Notes: generated by a model not told the origin, from the sequence alone. Counted from the stretch's first letter, positions 26,962-37,345 are shown. The stretch: DNA of 37,447 nucleotides from Acidimicrobiia bacterium (GCA_029210695.1 JARGFH010000037.1:1-37447), one strand, 5' to 3'. Program-made: numbers and translations.

Positions 26962-28185
26962 ATGAAGATCCACGAGTATCAAGCAAAGCAACTGATGGCG
27001 GCGCGGGGGATTGCGGTCCCGTCCGGCGTGGCGGTCACGACCGTGGCTGAGGCGGTTGGAGCGGTTCGATCCCTGATCGAGAGCACCGGCAACCCGGTGG
27101 TGGTGGTGAAGGCTCAGATCCACGCAGGCGGGCGCGGGAAGGGCCGCTTCAAGGAGCATCCAGATGTGGCCGGGGTGAACGTGGTCACCGACGGGATCAG
27201 AGGCGGCGTCGAGGCTGCCGAAGAGCAGGTCCGGCATCTCGCAGCTCGCATGCTCCGCTCGACGCTGGTCACCATCCAGACCGGTGATGAGGGCAAGCAG
27301 GTCAATCACTTGTATGTCGAGCAGGGCATCGACATTGCTCGTGAGCTGTACCTCTCGGTCCTGCTCGATCGCGCCGTTTCACGCAACATCGTCATGGCTT
27401 CGACCGAGGGCGGCATGGAAATCGAAAAAGTCGCGGCGGAGACTCCCGACAAGATCCTCCGGGAGACTGTCGACCCGGCGATAGGGCTGGCCGGCTTCCA
27501 GGCGGCCCGGCTCGGGTTCGGGCTCGAACTCACCGGAGATGCCCATCGGAACTTCGTGAAGTTCGTGACCGCACTCACCTCGCTGGCCGTCGAACTCGAC
27601 ACAGATCTGGTGGAGATCAACCCACTCGTCATCACCACGGACGGTCGGGTGATGGCACTTGACGGCAAGATGGCCTTCGACGACAGCGGGCTCTTCCGGC
27701 ACCCGGACGTCGAGGAGATGCGCGACGAGTCGGAAGAAGACCCGGCCGAACTGGAAGCAAAGGCAGTTGGTCTTTCGTATATCAAGCTCGACGGCACCAT
27801 CGGCTGCCTCGTCAACGGAGCCGGACTGGCGATGGCCACGATGGACACCATCAAGCACGTCGGTGGCGAACCGGCCAACTTCTTGGACGTAGGCGGGGGC
27901 GCCGACGCCGATCAGGTGGCCGCCGGGTTCCGGATCATCACCCGTGACCCCAATGTGAAGGGCATCTTCGTCAACATCTTTGGCGGCATCATGCGCTGCG
28001 ACGTTATTGCTTCGGGGGTCGTGCAGGCGGTCAGGGATGTGGGCCTGGAGGTGCCGCTCGTCGTTCGCCTCGAGGGCACCAACGTAGAAGAGGGCAGGCG
28101 GATCATCGAAGAGTCCGGCCTGGATGTCATCTCCGCCGTCGATATGAAAGACGGCGCCGAGAAGATCGTGGAGTTGGCCAAGTGA
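26962..28185 (+). CDS. sucC: Succinate--CoA ligase beta subunit
   Basis: [41 protein letters not shown]. Confidence 0.95.
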   Translation: MKIHEYQAKQLMAARGIAVPSGVAVTTVAEAVGAVRSLIESTGNPVVVVKAQIHAGGRGKGRFKEHPDVAGVNVVTDGIRGGVEAAEEQVRHLAARMLRSTLVTIQTGDEGKQVNHLYVEQGIDIARELYLSVLLDRAVSRNIVMASTEGGMEIEKVAAETPDKILRETVDPAIGLAGFQAARLGFGLELTGDAHRNFVKFVTALTSLAVELDTDLVEINPLVITTDGRVMALDGKMAFDDSGLFRHPDVEEMRDESEEDPAELEAKAVGLSYIKLDGTIGCLVNGAGLAMATMDTIKHVGGEPANFLDVGGGADADQVAAGFRIITRDPNVKGIFVNIFGGIMRCDVIASGVVQAVRDVGLEVPLVVRLEGTNVEEGRRIIEESGLDVISAVDMKDGAEKIVELAK

Positions 28186-29105
28186 GCATCCTCATCAACA
28201 AAGACACCAAAGTCATCGTCCAGGGGCTCGGGAACACCGGACAGTTCCACACGGACAAAGCGATCGCCTACGGAACGCAGATGGTGGGGGCGGTGCACCC
28301 GTCGAAGGCCGGGACAACCCACGTATTCGAGGGAGAGACGGACCACTCGGGTGTGCAGGGCCGTCCCGACTCGTATCGGGTCGAAGTCCCGCTGTTCTCA
28401 TCGGTCCGGCAGGCGGTCGAGGAGACGGGCGCAGACGCCAGTGTGGTGTACGTGCCGCCTCCGTTCGCCGCAGACGCCATCATGGAGGCCGCCGAGTCGG
28501 GAATCAAGGTGATCGTGGCGGTGACGGAGGGCGTTCCCATCGCCGATATGGTGCGCGCCAAGCGCTATCTGGCCGACAAGGACACTCGCCTGGTCGGGCC
28601 GAACTGCCCCGGTGTGATCACCCCGGGCGAGATCAAGATCGGCATCATGCCCGGGTATATCCACCAACCCGGAAAGATCGGTGTCATCAGCCGGTCGGGA
28701 ACCCTCACGTACGAAGCGGTCTATCAGCTGACCAGGCTGGGTCTGGGGCAGACCACCGCCGTCGGAATCGGTGGCGATCCAGTCAACGGAACGAACTTCC
28801 TCGACATGTTGAAGCAGTTCAACGCCGACCCGGACACCGAGGGTGTGGTCATGATCGGCGAGATAGGTGGTACGGCAGAGGAAGAGGCCGCCGAGTGGAT
28901 CAAGGACAACATGACGAAGCCGGTGGCAGGGTTCATTGCCGGAACCACGGCGCCGGCCGGCAAGCGCATGGGACACGCCGGCGCGATCATTTCCGGTGGG
29001 AAGGGAACCGCCGCAGCCAAGATCGCCGCGTTGCACGCAGCGGGCATCGAGGTGGCGGAAACCCCGACCGACATGGGTACCGCCATGGTCCGGGCGATGG
29101 GCTGA
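28182..29105 (+). CDS. sucD: Succinate--CoA ligase alpha subunit
   Basis: [27 protein letters not shown]. Confidence 0.96.
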   Translation: MSILINKDTKVIVQGLGNTGQFHTDKAIAYGTQMVGAVHPSKAGTTHVFEGETDHSGVQGRPDSYRVEVPLFSSVRQAVEETGADASVVYVPPPFAADAIMEAAESGIKVIVAVTEGVPIADMVRAKRYLADKDTRLVGPNCPGVITPGEIKIGIMPGYIHQPGKIGVISRSGTLTYEAVYQLTRLGLGQTTAVGIGGDPVNGTNFLDMLKQFNADPDTEGVVMIGEIGGTAEEEAAEWIKDNMTKPVAGFIAGTTAPAGKRMGHAGAIISGGKGTAAAKIAALHAAGIEVAETPTDMGTAMVRAMG

Positions 29106-29114
29106 CCCAGACGT

Positions 29115-29162
29115 TTCTCGGCAATGCTGTGTACGGAAAACCGTACATTGCATTGCGGAGAA
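29115..29162. repeat. 48-nt palindromic repeat, copy 1
   Basis: TTCTCGGCAATGC...GCATTGCGGAGAA, near-identical to 31241-31288. Confidence 0.85.
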
Positions 29163-29171
29163 TCTGAGGAG

Positions 29172-29771
29172 ATGGACTTCTTCATCGTCGGACTCGGTCT
29201 GGGCCTCGCCGCCGGGCTCGCCCCGGGGCCGCTCCACATGCTGGTCCTGACTGCGTCGATGCAGCGCGGGTTCGCGGCAGGGCTGCGAATAGCCATTGCC
29301 CCCCTCCTCACGGATCTGCCGATCGTCACCGCCGGGGTGCTGGCCGTCGGGGCGATGCCCGACGCCGCGGTTCGTGTCCTGGCCTTCGGCGGCGGTCTAT
29401 TCATCATCTACCTCGGCGTCGACGCGCTGCGATGGAGCGTCGAGGATGATCAGGCGGCGACCCCTGCTATCGACCTCAGGCGCGGCTTCATCGCCAACTT
29501 CCTCAACCCGCACCCCTGGTTGTTCTGGCTCGGAGTCGGCGGACCGCTCCTTCGTTCCGCCTGGGAGACCTCAGCAGCCTCGGCGATCGCGTTTGTGGTG
29601 GCGTTCTATCTCCTGTTGATCGGAACCAAGGTGTTGCTGGCGGCGGTGGCTTCCAGGGGAACGACTTTCATAGAGACAGCCTGGTACGGATGGATGATAC
29701 GACTGGCCGCCGGTGCACTGATGGCCATGGGCCTGTGGCTGGTCGTGGGCGCAATCCGCGACACCTTGTGA
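29172..29771 (+). CDS. LysE/RhtB-family transporter
   Basis: APGP, NFLNPH, multiple TM helices. Confidence 0.88.
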   Translation: MDFFIVGLGLGLAAGLAPGPLHMLVLTASMQRGFAAGLRIAIAPLLTDLPIVTAGVLAVGAMPDAAVRVLAFGGGLFIIYLGVDALRWSVEDDQAATPAIDLRRGFIANFLNPHPWLFWLGVGGPLLRSAWETSAASAIAFVVAFYLLLIGTKVLLAAVASRGTTFIETAWYGWMIRLAAGALMAMGLWLVVGAIRDTL

Positions 29772-29828
29772 CGTGAACGTTGCTTTCCATCATTGGACAC
29801 GTCACCACGGCCCTATACAGTGTCGGTC

Positions 29829-30254
29829 ATGACTCCACAGGTCGCAGTCGAGGTACCGCTGCTCGGGGACGAGCGGCACAAGAATTGGGCGAAGGTCGTC
29901 TACTCGGTAGACACTTCCGTTTCGTCCGGCTGGGCATATGACGGCGAATTTGTCGCCGCCGGCGCGATTCAAGATGTACCGGCCGGCGGTGTACTGCTGG
30001 TCTACGGCGAGCGCGGGTCGCGCGCCAACCCGGTCATCGAAGCTCGTGTGTATCAGATCAACCCGGAGGGGACCCTGAGCGAGCGCGGCATCGGCAAGGG
30101 CCGAGGGTGGGCGCGGACCGTGCGCGACACCGTCGAGCAGTTGCTGTCGGAAGAGACCCCGGGGCCGATTGTCGATCTGTCCGGATATGCCGATGTGGAA
30201 CTGATCGAGGAACTGGCCCGGCGCGGCTACCAGGTCGATGGAGGGAGCAAATGA
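29829..30254 (+). CDS. Hypothetical protein
   Basis: ATG 7 nt after TACAGT, ATGA-coupled to qor. Confidence 0.75.
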   Translation: MTPQVAVEVPLLGDERHKNWAKVVYSVDTSVSSGWAYDGEFVAAGAIQDVPAGGVLLVYGERGSRANPVIEARVYQINPEGTLSERGIGKGRGWARTVRDTVEQLLSEETPGPIVDLSGYADVELIEELARRGYQVDGGSK

Positions 30255-31222
30255 TGCATGCAATGCAGATCGCGGAGCTCGGGGGTCCCGAAGTACTCGA
30301 ATGGGTAACGGTCCCACGACCCGAACCGGGAGCCGGCGACCTGCTTGTGCATGTCGAAGCTGCCGGTATCAACTTCATCGACATCTACCAACGGAGTGGC
30401 CTGTATCCACGTGACCTCCCGTTCACGCTCGGCCTCGAAGGGGCCGGCACGGTGGTAGAGGTGGGGCCGGGCAGCGATGGCTTCGAGGTGGGTCAACGAG
30501 TTGCTTGGGCGACTGCACCCGGATCGTACGCTGAGTACGCCCTAGTGCCTGCCGAAGTGGCCGTCCATGTTCCGGACGCGGTGGCGCTGGATGTGGCGGC
30601 CGCAGTGATGCTCCAGGGTATGACCGCCCACTTCCTGGCGATGGACACCTATCCGCTCGACGCAGGAGAGAAGTGCCTGATTCACGCAGGCGCCGGCGGT
30701 GTAGGGCTCCTCCTGATCCAGGTCGCCAAGCTGCTCGGAGCGGAGGTGTTTGCCACAGTCTCCACCGACGAGAAGGCCTCGCTGGCGAGCGAAGCAGGTG
30801 CAGATCACGTGATCAACTACACGGAAGGCGACTTCGGAGATGCGGTCGAAGAGATCGTCGGTCCGAAGGCGCTCGACGTCGTCTACGACGGAGTCGGCGC
30901 GGACACGTTCGACCGCGGGCTGGAGCTTCTTCGCCCGCGCGGGTTGATGGCTCTGTTCGGGCAGTCGAGTGGCGTCGTCAAGCCGCTGGATCTCGGCAAG
31001 CTGGCCCGGTTCGGTTCGTTGTATGTGACCCGTCCATCGCTCTTCGTCTACATCGCCCAGCGCGTCGAGCTCGAGCGCAGGGCTGCGGACGTCTTCGAGT
31101 GGATCGCTTCCGGGCAGTTGAACGTGCGAATTGGAGCTCGCTTCCCGCTGTCGGGTGCCGCAGATGCTCACCGGGCGCTGGAGGCGCGTGAAACGACCGG
31201 CAAGGTGCTTCTCGAGCCCTGA
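30251..31222 (+). CDS. qor: NADPH:quinone oxidoreductase (zeta-crystallin type)
   Basis: GINFID, GLEGAG, HAGAGGVG, VYDGVG, TTGKVLL. Confidence 0.93.
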   Translation: MMHAMQIAELGGPEVLEWVTVPRPEPGAGDLLVHVEAAGINFIDIYQRSGLYPRDLPFTLGLEGAGTVVEVGPGSDGFEVGQRVAWATAPGSYAEYALVPAEVAVHVPDAVALDVAAAVMLQGMTAHFLAMDTYPLDAGEKCLIHAGAGGVGLLLIQVAKLLGAEVFATVSTDEKASLASEAGADHVINYTEGDFGDAVEEIVGPKALDVVYDGVGADTFDRGLELLRPRGLMALFGQSSGVVKPLDLGKLARFGSLYVTRPSLFVYIAQRVELERRAADVFEWIASGQLNVRIGARFPLSGAADAHRALEARETTGKVLLEP

Positions 31223-31240
31223 AATCCGCCGAATCACGGT

Positions 31241-31288
31241 TTCTCAGCAATGCTACGTACGGAAAACCGACCATTGCATTGCGGAGAA
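31241..31288. repeat. 48-nt palindromic repeat, copy 2
   Basis: TTCTCAGCAATGC...GCATTGCGGAGAA between the convergent qor and lutC genes. Confidence 0.85.
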
Positions 31289-31292
31289 AACG

Positions 31293-31958
31293 TCAGAACT
31301 CAGAACCCAGGACAATCACGTGCAGATCCTTCGGGCCGTGCACGCCCAGGTTGAGGGTCTGCTCGATGTCCGCCGTCCGGCTCGGCCCGGTGACGAACAC
31401 CAGATTGGAGGTGTGGCGGGCAGCGTCGGGGTGTTCCGCAATCCAATGGGAAAGGCCCGGCACGATGTCCTGCTCTCTCAGCAAGGCGATGTGGGCGAGC
31501 GGAATCAGCGACGCCATCCGTGATCGACCGCGACCGGCCTCGAGAACGATCGACCCCGATTCAGCGAGACCGCCGGAGGTACCGGTGATGCCCACCTGCA
31601 GGTCCATGTAGCGAGCCTGATGTTCCAGCCGCGTCTCCTTGCCAATGATCGGATCGACCACGTCGACGAGCAACCGGTCGATCAGTCCCGGCACCGGCAG
31701 GTGCTCGGGATCCCAGGTGAGCACCTCTCGTGCTCCGTAGGTCTCGAGAAGGCCCGCAATGATGCGCACCACGTCGTCGTTGCCGGCTGCCCGATGACCA
31801 ATGCCGTCCACGGCCTCGAGACGCTGGAGAAACCGATCGACCAGGTGATCTTCCGGCAGATCCGGCAGGAGAGGTCCCGGTGGGCTCTCGGGCACCGGTG
31901 GCAACTCTGAGGTGGTTCCTGCCGACCTCACTCGCTCGAGGAACAGCTCACGTTCCAC
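31293..31958 (-). CDS. lutC: Lactate utilisation protein C (LUD domain)
   Basis: AESGSI, TGPSRTADIEQTLNLGVHGP. GTG behind AAGGAG. Confidence 0.9.
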   Translation of the reverse strand: MERELFLERVRSAGTTSELPPVPESPPGPLLPDLPEDHLVDRFLQRLEAVDGIGHRAAGNDDVVRIIAGLLETYGAREVLTWDPEHLPVPGLIDRLLVDVVDPIIGKETRLEHQARYMDLQVGITGTSGGLAESGSIVLEAGRGRSRMASLIPLAHIALLREQDIVPGLSHWIAEHPDAARHTSNLVFVTGPSRTADIEQTLNLGVHGPKDLHVIVLGSEF

Positions 31959-33351
31959 CGTTCCGCTCCTTCCATCTCGCATGAAACGGCCGGGTGGCCG
32001 GTCGGGGCAGATCTCGATGGTCGGTCCAGGCTGCACCCTTCCCCGGCAGCGAAGAGATCCAGCCCTTCCGTCCCAGGACTTTGGAGCCGAGGCCGGCTGC
32101 CCGCAAGGCAGTGCGCCAGAGCGCGGGCCTGGTGGCCAGGCCCGCGTACCAGCCGATGACTCTTTCGAGGCCCGGGGGCGGGTAGCCCTGGGCGACTGCA
32201 TCACGACGAAGGCGAAGCAGGAGTTCGGGAAGGTCGATCCTGACCGGACAGGCGTCGAGGCAGGCGCCACACAAACTCGAGGCGTAGGGGAGGTCGTGCC
32301 AATCCTCCAGGCCGAGGAGGGACGGGACCAGCACTGCACCGATTGGCCCTGAGTAGGTGAACCCGTAGGCGTGTCCACCGGCTTCCCGGTAGACCGGACA
32401 CACGTTGAGGCACGCCCCGCACCGTATGCAGGCGAGTATCTCGGCAGTGTCTCCTCCCAGAACCCGGGACCGGCCGTTATCGAGGATGACGACATGGAAC
32501 TCATCCGGTCCGTCGGGCTCCTCCGGCCGACGCGGCCCGGTGATCAGGCTCGTATACACGCTCAGTTTCTGACCGGTCGCACTCCTGGCGAGAACCTCCA
32601 GAATCACGGCGGCGTCTCCGAGCGTCGGAACGATTCTCTCCATCCCCATGATCGCAACGTGAACTCTGGGAGCGGTGGTCGTCAGCCTGCCGTTTCCTTC
32701 ATTCGTGACGAGCGAAACGGTTCCGGATTCGGCGATGGCGACGTTGCAGCCGGAGATCCCCATGTCTGCGTCCAGGAAGATCTGGCGGAGGTGGCTCCTG
32801 GCGATCCCGTTCAGTTCCTGGGGGTCATCCGTGTATTCGACGTCGAGCTTGTCTGCGAACAGACGACCGACATCCTGGCGGGTCTTGTGCATGACGGGCG
32901 CGATGATGTGCGAGGGAGTATCCCCGGACAGTTGAATGATGAACTCACCGAGATCCGTCTCAACGACTTCGAACTCGCCGGCCTCGAGGGCGTCGTTGAG
33001 GTGGATCTCCTCCGTGACCATCGACTTCGACTTGACGATCCGGCCTACGTTTTCCCGTTCGGCGAGCCGGCGGATGTACCCGATAGCTTCCTCGCCGTCG
33101 GCTGCAAAGAAGACGTGACCCCCCTGCGCCTCGACCTCGTCGGTGAAGCGAGCGAGAAGCTCATCGAGATGCGCCAGCGAGTAGAGGCGTATCTCCCTAG
33201 CCCGATCGCGCATCGAGTCCATGCTCGGGAACTCCTCGACCGCGGTGAGCCGATGAGACATCATCCGGCGGCTGCCGGTGTTGAGGGCAGCAACGCCCGG
33301 ACTGCCGAGACCTTTGCGCGCCCGATCGATGAAAGCAACGGGCACCATCAC
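31948..33351 (-). CDS. lutB: Lactate utilisation Fe-S protein B
   Basis: KSKSM, ETDLGE, NEGNG, CIRCGACLNVCP, SSLCGACLDACP. Confidence 0.94.
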   Translation of the reverse strand: MMVPVAFIDRARKGLGSPGVAALNTGSRRMMSHRLTAVEEFPSMDSMRDRAREIRLYSLAHLDELLARFTDEVEAQGGHVFFAADGEEAIGYIRRLAERENVGRIVKSKSMVTEEIHLNDALEAGEFEVVETDLGEFIIQLSGDTPSHIIAPVMHKTRQDVGRLFADKLDVEYTDDPQELNGIARSHLRQIFLDADMGISGCNVAIAESGTVSLVTNEGNGRLTTTAPRVHVAIMGMERIVPTLGDAAVILEVLARSATGQKLSVYTSLITGPRRPEEPDGPDEFHVVILDNGRSRVLGGDTAEILACIRCGACLNVCPVYREAGGHAYGFTYSGPIGAVLVPSLLGLEDWHDLPYASSLCGACLDACPVRIDLPELLLRLRRDAVAQGYPPPGLERVIGWYAGLATRPALWRTALRAAGLGSKVLGRKGWISSLPGKGAAWTDHRDLPRPATRPFHARWKERNGGT

Positions 33352-34085
33352 GATGCCGGCTCCCCGTTCAAGACTTCCGCGATGTGCTTGACCTCGATGG
33401 TCGATCCCCTGCGGCGGAGCCCGCCGGCGAGGTGCATGAGGCAGCTGACGTCTACGCCGACGAGGAGGTTGGCTCCGGTGGCTTCAACGTTGGTGAGCTT
33501 GGTGGACATTATGGATGCAGAGACCTCCGGCAACTCCACCGAGAAGAGGCCGCCGAATCCGCAGCAGGTCTCCGCGTCCGGCAGATCGACCCGCTCCAGG
33601 CCGGAGACATGGTCGAGGAGGGTTTCCGGTTGAACGCGGATGCCCAGGTTCCGAAACCCGTGACAGGACGGGTGGTAGGTGGCGGTTCGACCTGCGCAAA
33701 CAGCTCCGGCATCGGTGATCCCGAGTTCGTCAACCAGGAAGCTGGAGAACTCCTTGACCCGGGCGGACACCCGTTCGGCGGCCCCCCGCAGTTCGTCGTT
33801 TCCGTCGAACAACTCCGGGGTGTGGTTGATCATCATGTCGGCACACGATCCGGAGGGCACCACGATCGTGCCCTCGGTGGCGTCCAGAACCTCGATCGTG
33901 TGCTGGGCCATCTCCCTGGCCTGGTCGTGGTATCCCACGTTGAAGGCGGGCTGACCGCAACACGTCTGATCGAAGGGGAACTCGACTGTGCAGCCGTGGC
34001 GCTCGAGAACGTCCACTACGGCCTCGCCGACCTCCGGAAAAAAGGAATCGACCAGGCACGTGACAAAGAGTTGCACCTTCACCAT
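33348..34085 (-). CDS. lutA: Lactate utilisation protein A (two CCG domains)
   Basis: TCLVD, QTCCGQP, SGSC, HPSCH, CCGFGG, SCLMH. Confidence 0.93.
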   Translation of the reverse strand: MVKVQLFVTCLVDSFFPEVGEAVVDVLERHGCTVEFPFDQTCCGQPAFNVGYHDQAREMAQHTIEVLDATEGTIVVPSGSCADMMINHTPELFDGNDELRGAAERVSARVKEFSSFLVDELGITDAGAVCAGRTATYHPSCHGFRNLGIRVQPETLLDHVSGLERVDLPDAETCCGFGGLFSVELPEVSASIMSTKLTNVEATGANLLVGVDVSCLMHLAGGLRRRGSTIEVKHIAEVLNGEPAS

Positions 34086-34144
34086 GGGCTGCACCCTATC
34101 CGATCGGGCCTAGGATCGCTGCACCAACACGGGAAGGTGTTCGA

Positions 34145-35056
34145 GTGCGTCCGCTGGCCGTCGGAGTCCAGTTGCCGGAAGTGGAACGAGAGGTGCGCTG
34201 GCCGGAGATTCGATCAATGGCCGTGCTGGCCGAAGCGGTCGGCTTTGATTCGATCTGGCTCGGAGACCACCTGGTGTATCGTCCGGAGGATGCAGACCCG
34301 CGCGGACCGTGGGAGGCGTGGTCCATGCTGGCGGCGATCGCGGCGGTGACCGAACGAGTGCAGATCGGTCCGTTGGTGGCCGCCACCGCCTTTCATACCC
34401 CGGCGATGCTGGCCAAAAAGGCAGTGACGGTCGATGAGATCTCGGGCGGCCGGTTGATCCTGGGCCTCGGCGCCGGTTGGAACCGCACCGAGTTCGATGC
34501 TTTCGGATACCCGTTCGACCATCGTGCCTCCCGCTTCGAGGAAGCCTTCCACCTCATCCGGCGATTGGTAGGCGGAGAGGAAGTCGATCACCGGGGTGGG
34601 TACTACCGCCTCGATCAGGCGGTGCTGCTGCCGGCCGGGCCGCGGCCCGGCGGCCCGCCGATCCTCATCGGTTCGCAGGGGCCCCGGTTGCTGAAGGCAA
34701 CGGCTCCCTTCATGGATCAGTGGAACGGCTGGTATGCGTGGTACGGCAACCGGGCCGAGGGCCTGCCGGACCTGCTGGCCAAGCTCGAAGATGCATGTGA
34801 GGCAGTCGGTCGGGACTCCTCCGAGATCTCCAAGACGGTTGCCGTGCTCGCCACACTTCCGGGCGGTCGTGGCCGGATCCACGGCGACGCCGAGCAGGAG
34901 GGCAAGAACCCGCTGGCCGGTTCGCCCGCCGAAATCGCCGATGTGCTCGGCCGGTATGCCGGATTGGGGATCGACCACGTGCAGATGGTGCTCGACCCCA
35001 TCACCGAAGGATCGATCGAATGGTTCACGTCTGTTCTGTCCGAACTGGATGCCTAG
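34145..35056 (+). CDS. LLM-class flavin-dependent oxidoreductase
   Basis: GFDSIWLGDH, SGGRLILGLGAGW. Confidence 0.9.
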   Translation: MRPLAVGVQLPEVEREVRWPEIRSMAVLAEAVGFDSIWLGDHLVYRPEDADPRGPWEAWSMLAAIAAVTERVQIGPLVAATAFHTPAMLAKKAVTVDEISGGRLILGLGAGWNRTEFDAFGYPFDHRASRFEEAFHLIRRLVGGEEVDHRGGYYRLDQAVLLPAGPRPGGPPILIGSQGPRLLKATAPFMDQWNGWYAWYGNRAEGLPDLLAKLEDACEAVGRDSSEISKTVAVLATLPGGRGRIHGDAEQEGKNPLAGSPAEIADVLGRYAGLGIDHVQMVLDPITEGSIEWFTSVLSELDA

Positions 35057-35116
35057 CTTCTTTCGACGAGACGATCCAGCGAAGGAACCCCCGGGTCTTC
35101 GCCCGGGCTTCGGATC

Positions 35117-35695
35117 TCAGGCGGTGAGTTCCATCCAGTTGGGAATCCCGTTCTGCCACGACGTGACAACGAGGTCGTGCATGGCATCGACGATGTCTGG
35201 ATCGAACTGGGTGCCTGCGTTGTCGCGGAGTTCCTGAAGTGCTTGATGGACGGGTTGGGGATGCTGATATGCCCGGTCGCTGGTCATGGCATCGAACGCA
35301 TCGGCCACCGACAACACCCGGGCCGTGAGCGGGATCTCCGAATTCCTCAGGCCTACCGGATAGCCCCGTCCGTCGAATCGTTCGTGGTGACAGAGAACTG
35401 CCTGGGCGATCTCTTCGTCGACCAGACCCGTGAGCATCTGAAAGCCGATGAGCGGGTGGCGGGCGACCTCGATCATCTCGAACGGGCTGAGTTTGGTGGG
35501 TTTGTCGAGGAGGCGGCGTTCGACTTCGACCTTTCCGATGTCGTGGAGGCGGGCCGCGATCTGTACCTGGATGACCTGGATCGGGCTGAAGTGGACGGCT
35601 CTACCGAGGGCGGCGGCGAGGATGGCCGTGCGCCCGCTGTGATCGGCGAGGGCGCGATCTGCGCTGCAAATGGAAAGCCACAGTTCCTCGACCAT
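35117..35695 (-). CDS. Stand-alone HD-GYP domain protein (putative c-di-GMP phosphodiesterase)
   Basis: HS, LHDIGK, HHERFDGRGYP, ADAFDAMTSDRAY, GTQFDP. Confidence 0.9.
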   Translation of the reverse strand: MVEELWLSICSADRALADHSGRTAILAAALGRAVHFSPIQVIQVQIAARLHDIGKVEVERRLLDKPTKLSPFEMIEVARHPLIGFQMLTGLVDEEIAQAVLCHHERFDGRGYPVGLRNSEIPLTARVLSVADAFDAMTSDRAYQHPQPVHQALQELRDNAGTQFDPDIVDAMHDLVVTSWQNGIPNWMELTA

Positions 35696-35725
35696 TCCTG
35701 CTCCCGTCGTTTACCTCTCTCACTG

Positions 35726-35755
35726 GTATCGGCAAAACCCGTGCTCAATCTTGAG
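35726..35755 (-). promoter_or_regulatory. Sigma28-type promoter upstream of the HD-GYP gene
   Basis: CTCAA-N17-GCCGATAC, 30 nt before the ATG. Confidence 0.7.
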
Positions 35756-35797
35756 GAGCAGTTCGGCAATAACGTGACGGGTACCCTGCGCACCGGC

Positions 35798-36583
35798 TCA
35801 ACTCGACCGGCCACCCGGGAGTCGTTCTGCGACAAAGCATTCGACGCGATAGCGGATCGATAGCTCAGCCCGGCCGGTCGTGTCGGGATGGTGGTCGAGA
35901 ATCTGCCTGACTTCATCGAGTACGGCGCGGCGTTCCACCTCCGGCAGGACGGCCACATGGCTGACTGAGGCGAGGCGCTGCACCACCATAGGTGGAGAGG
36001 CGACCTGCTCGTGGAAGAACCGGGCGGCATCAAACCGGGAGAAGCCGGGGATCCTCCAGGCAGCAGAGGAGCGCGTTTGATCATGGTCTCTCCATGGGGC
36101 GTGCTTCTCCACTCGATCCATGATCGACCACACCGCATCGACCCAGTCAACGGTTCGATCGCGAGCATTCCAGAGCAGGCCGATTCTTCCGCCCGGCCGG
36201 AGCACACGGCCGAGCTCCGCATGTGTGGCAGGGTTGTCGAACCAGTGGAAGGCCTGGGCGATAGTCATCGCGTCGACGGCGCCGGTTCGGAGCGGCAGGG
36301 CTTCGGCAACGCCGGCGACTACCGGGATATCCGGTGCGGTGCGGTGCAGGAGGGCTCGCATCCCGGCAACAGGCTCGACGGCCATCGGCCGGGCGCCACG
36401 CTCGGCGAGCAATCTGGTGAGTTTGCCGGTTCCGGCGGCAAGATCGACGAGGATCGCGGCCGGGTCGATTGCCAGGTTCGCCATCACCCAATCGACGGCT
36501 TCGGCCGGATAGCCGGGCCGGGCTGCCTCGTAGGCCTCCGCAGCCGAACCGAATCCGTCAGCGGCTACACGGTGGATTGCCAT
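35798..36583 (-). CDS. Class I SAM-dependent methyltransferase
   Basis: YEAARPGYP, DLAAGTGKLT, AQAFHWF, RVLRPGG. Confidence 0.9.
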   Translation of the reverse strand: MAIHRVAADGFGSAAEAYEAARPGYPAEAVDWVMANLAIDPAAILVDLAAGTGKLTRLLAERGARPMAVEPVAGMRALLHRTAPDIPVVAGVAEALPLRTGAVDAMTIAQAFHWFDNPATHAELGRVLRPGGRIGLLWNARDRTVDWVDAVWSIMDRVEKHAPWRDHDQTRSSAAWRIPGFSRFDAARFFHEQVASPPMVVQRLASVSHVAVLPEVERRAVLDEVRQILDHHPDTTGRAELSIRYRVECFVAERLPGGRSS

Positions 36584-36626
36584 GAGCGCATTCTGGCGGA
36601 GTTCAATCGGATCGATGCTCCAATTG

Positions 36627-37304
36627 TCAGCAGACCTCGCCATCGAGGTCGCACGACGGCGCCTCGACAGTTCCAGGCGTCCGGTCCTCGAGCCACGCAT
36701 GCAGGGCCGCATCGGCATCCAACGGTGACGCCCAACCTGCGGTGAGATAGGCGGCCGCTTCGCCATCCCGGGCCAGCAGCGCAGGGAATCCGCCGACACC
36801 CCAGCGCCGGGAGAGCGAGAAGTCGCCCCAGGTCAGCTTCTTCGTGACCTCGGATGCCATCGTGGTGAGGAACTCACCGCGATCGACGGGGAACTCGTCG
36901 ACGAGGTCGGGGTAGACGCCGGGGTCGGTGACGTCGACGCCTTCGGAGTAAAAGGCGCGCTGAACTCGGGTGAGGAACGGCAGGGCCTGGGATTCATCGA
37001 TCTGACGCATCGCTACCACCGCCACGGCTGCCTGTTCGGTGTCGTACACCCAGTCGTCCCGATCGAGGAATCTGTGATCGAAAGGTTGTCCGGAGCGTTC
37101 TCCCACCGCCGTCCATGCCCGGGTGAGATAGCTGCGCATTCCGTCGCTGAGAGCCTCGGCGGCAGCTCCCGGCCGTAGTCCGCCCATGACGACCTTGATG
37201 GGAAGCTCAGGATGGTGATCCGCCAACGCCTCGATGCTCGGAGCGAACCCCCAACACCAGGAGCACATCGGATCGGCGACGTATATCAATTCGAGGTCGG
37301 ACAC
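36627..37304 (-). CDS. DsbA/FrnE-like thioredoxin-fold protein
   Basis: DPMCSWCWGF (CxxC), GVGGFP, C-terminal CDLDGEVC. Confidence 0.88.
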   Translation of the reverse strand: MSDLELIYVADPMCSWCWGFAPSIEALADHHPELPIKVVMGGLRPGAAAEALSDGMRSYLTRAWTAVGERSGQPFDHRFLDRDDWVYDTEQAAVAVVAMRQIDESQALPFLTRVQRAFYSEGVDVTDPGVYPDLVDEFPVDRGEFLTTMASEVTKKLTWGDFSLSRRWGVGGFPALLARDGEAAAYLTAGWASPLDADAALHAWLEDRTPGTVEAPSCDLDGEVC

Positions 37305-37345
37305 AGTGTGCTGGACCCTATCTACCAACCCGGGCTATGCAGACG

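Noticed and set aside
31959..32504. N-terminal extension of lutC to 403 aa (also methyltransferase to 36799, qor from 30107, propeller 1 to 24593)
   Set aside because: They overlap neighbouring genes in another frame, and internal starts with RBS or stop-start coupling fit better
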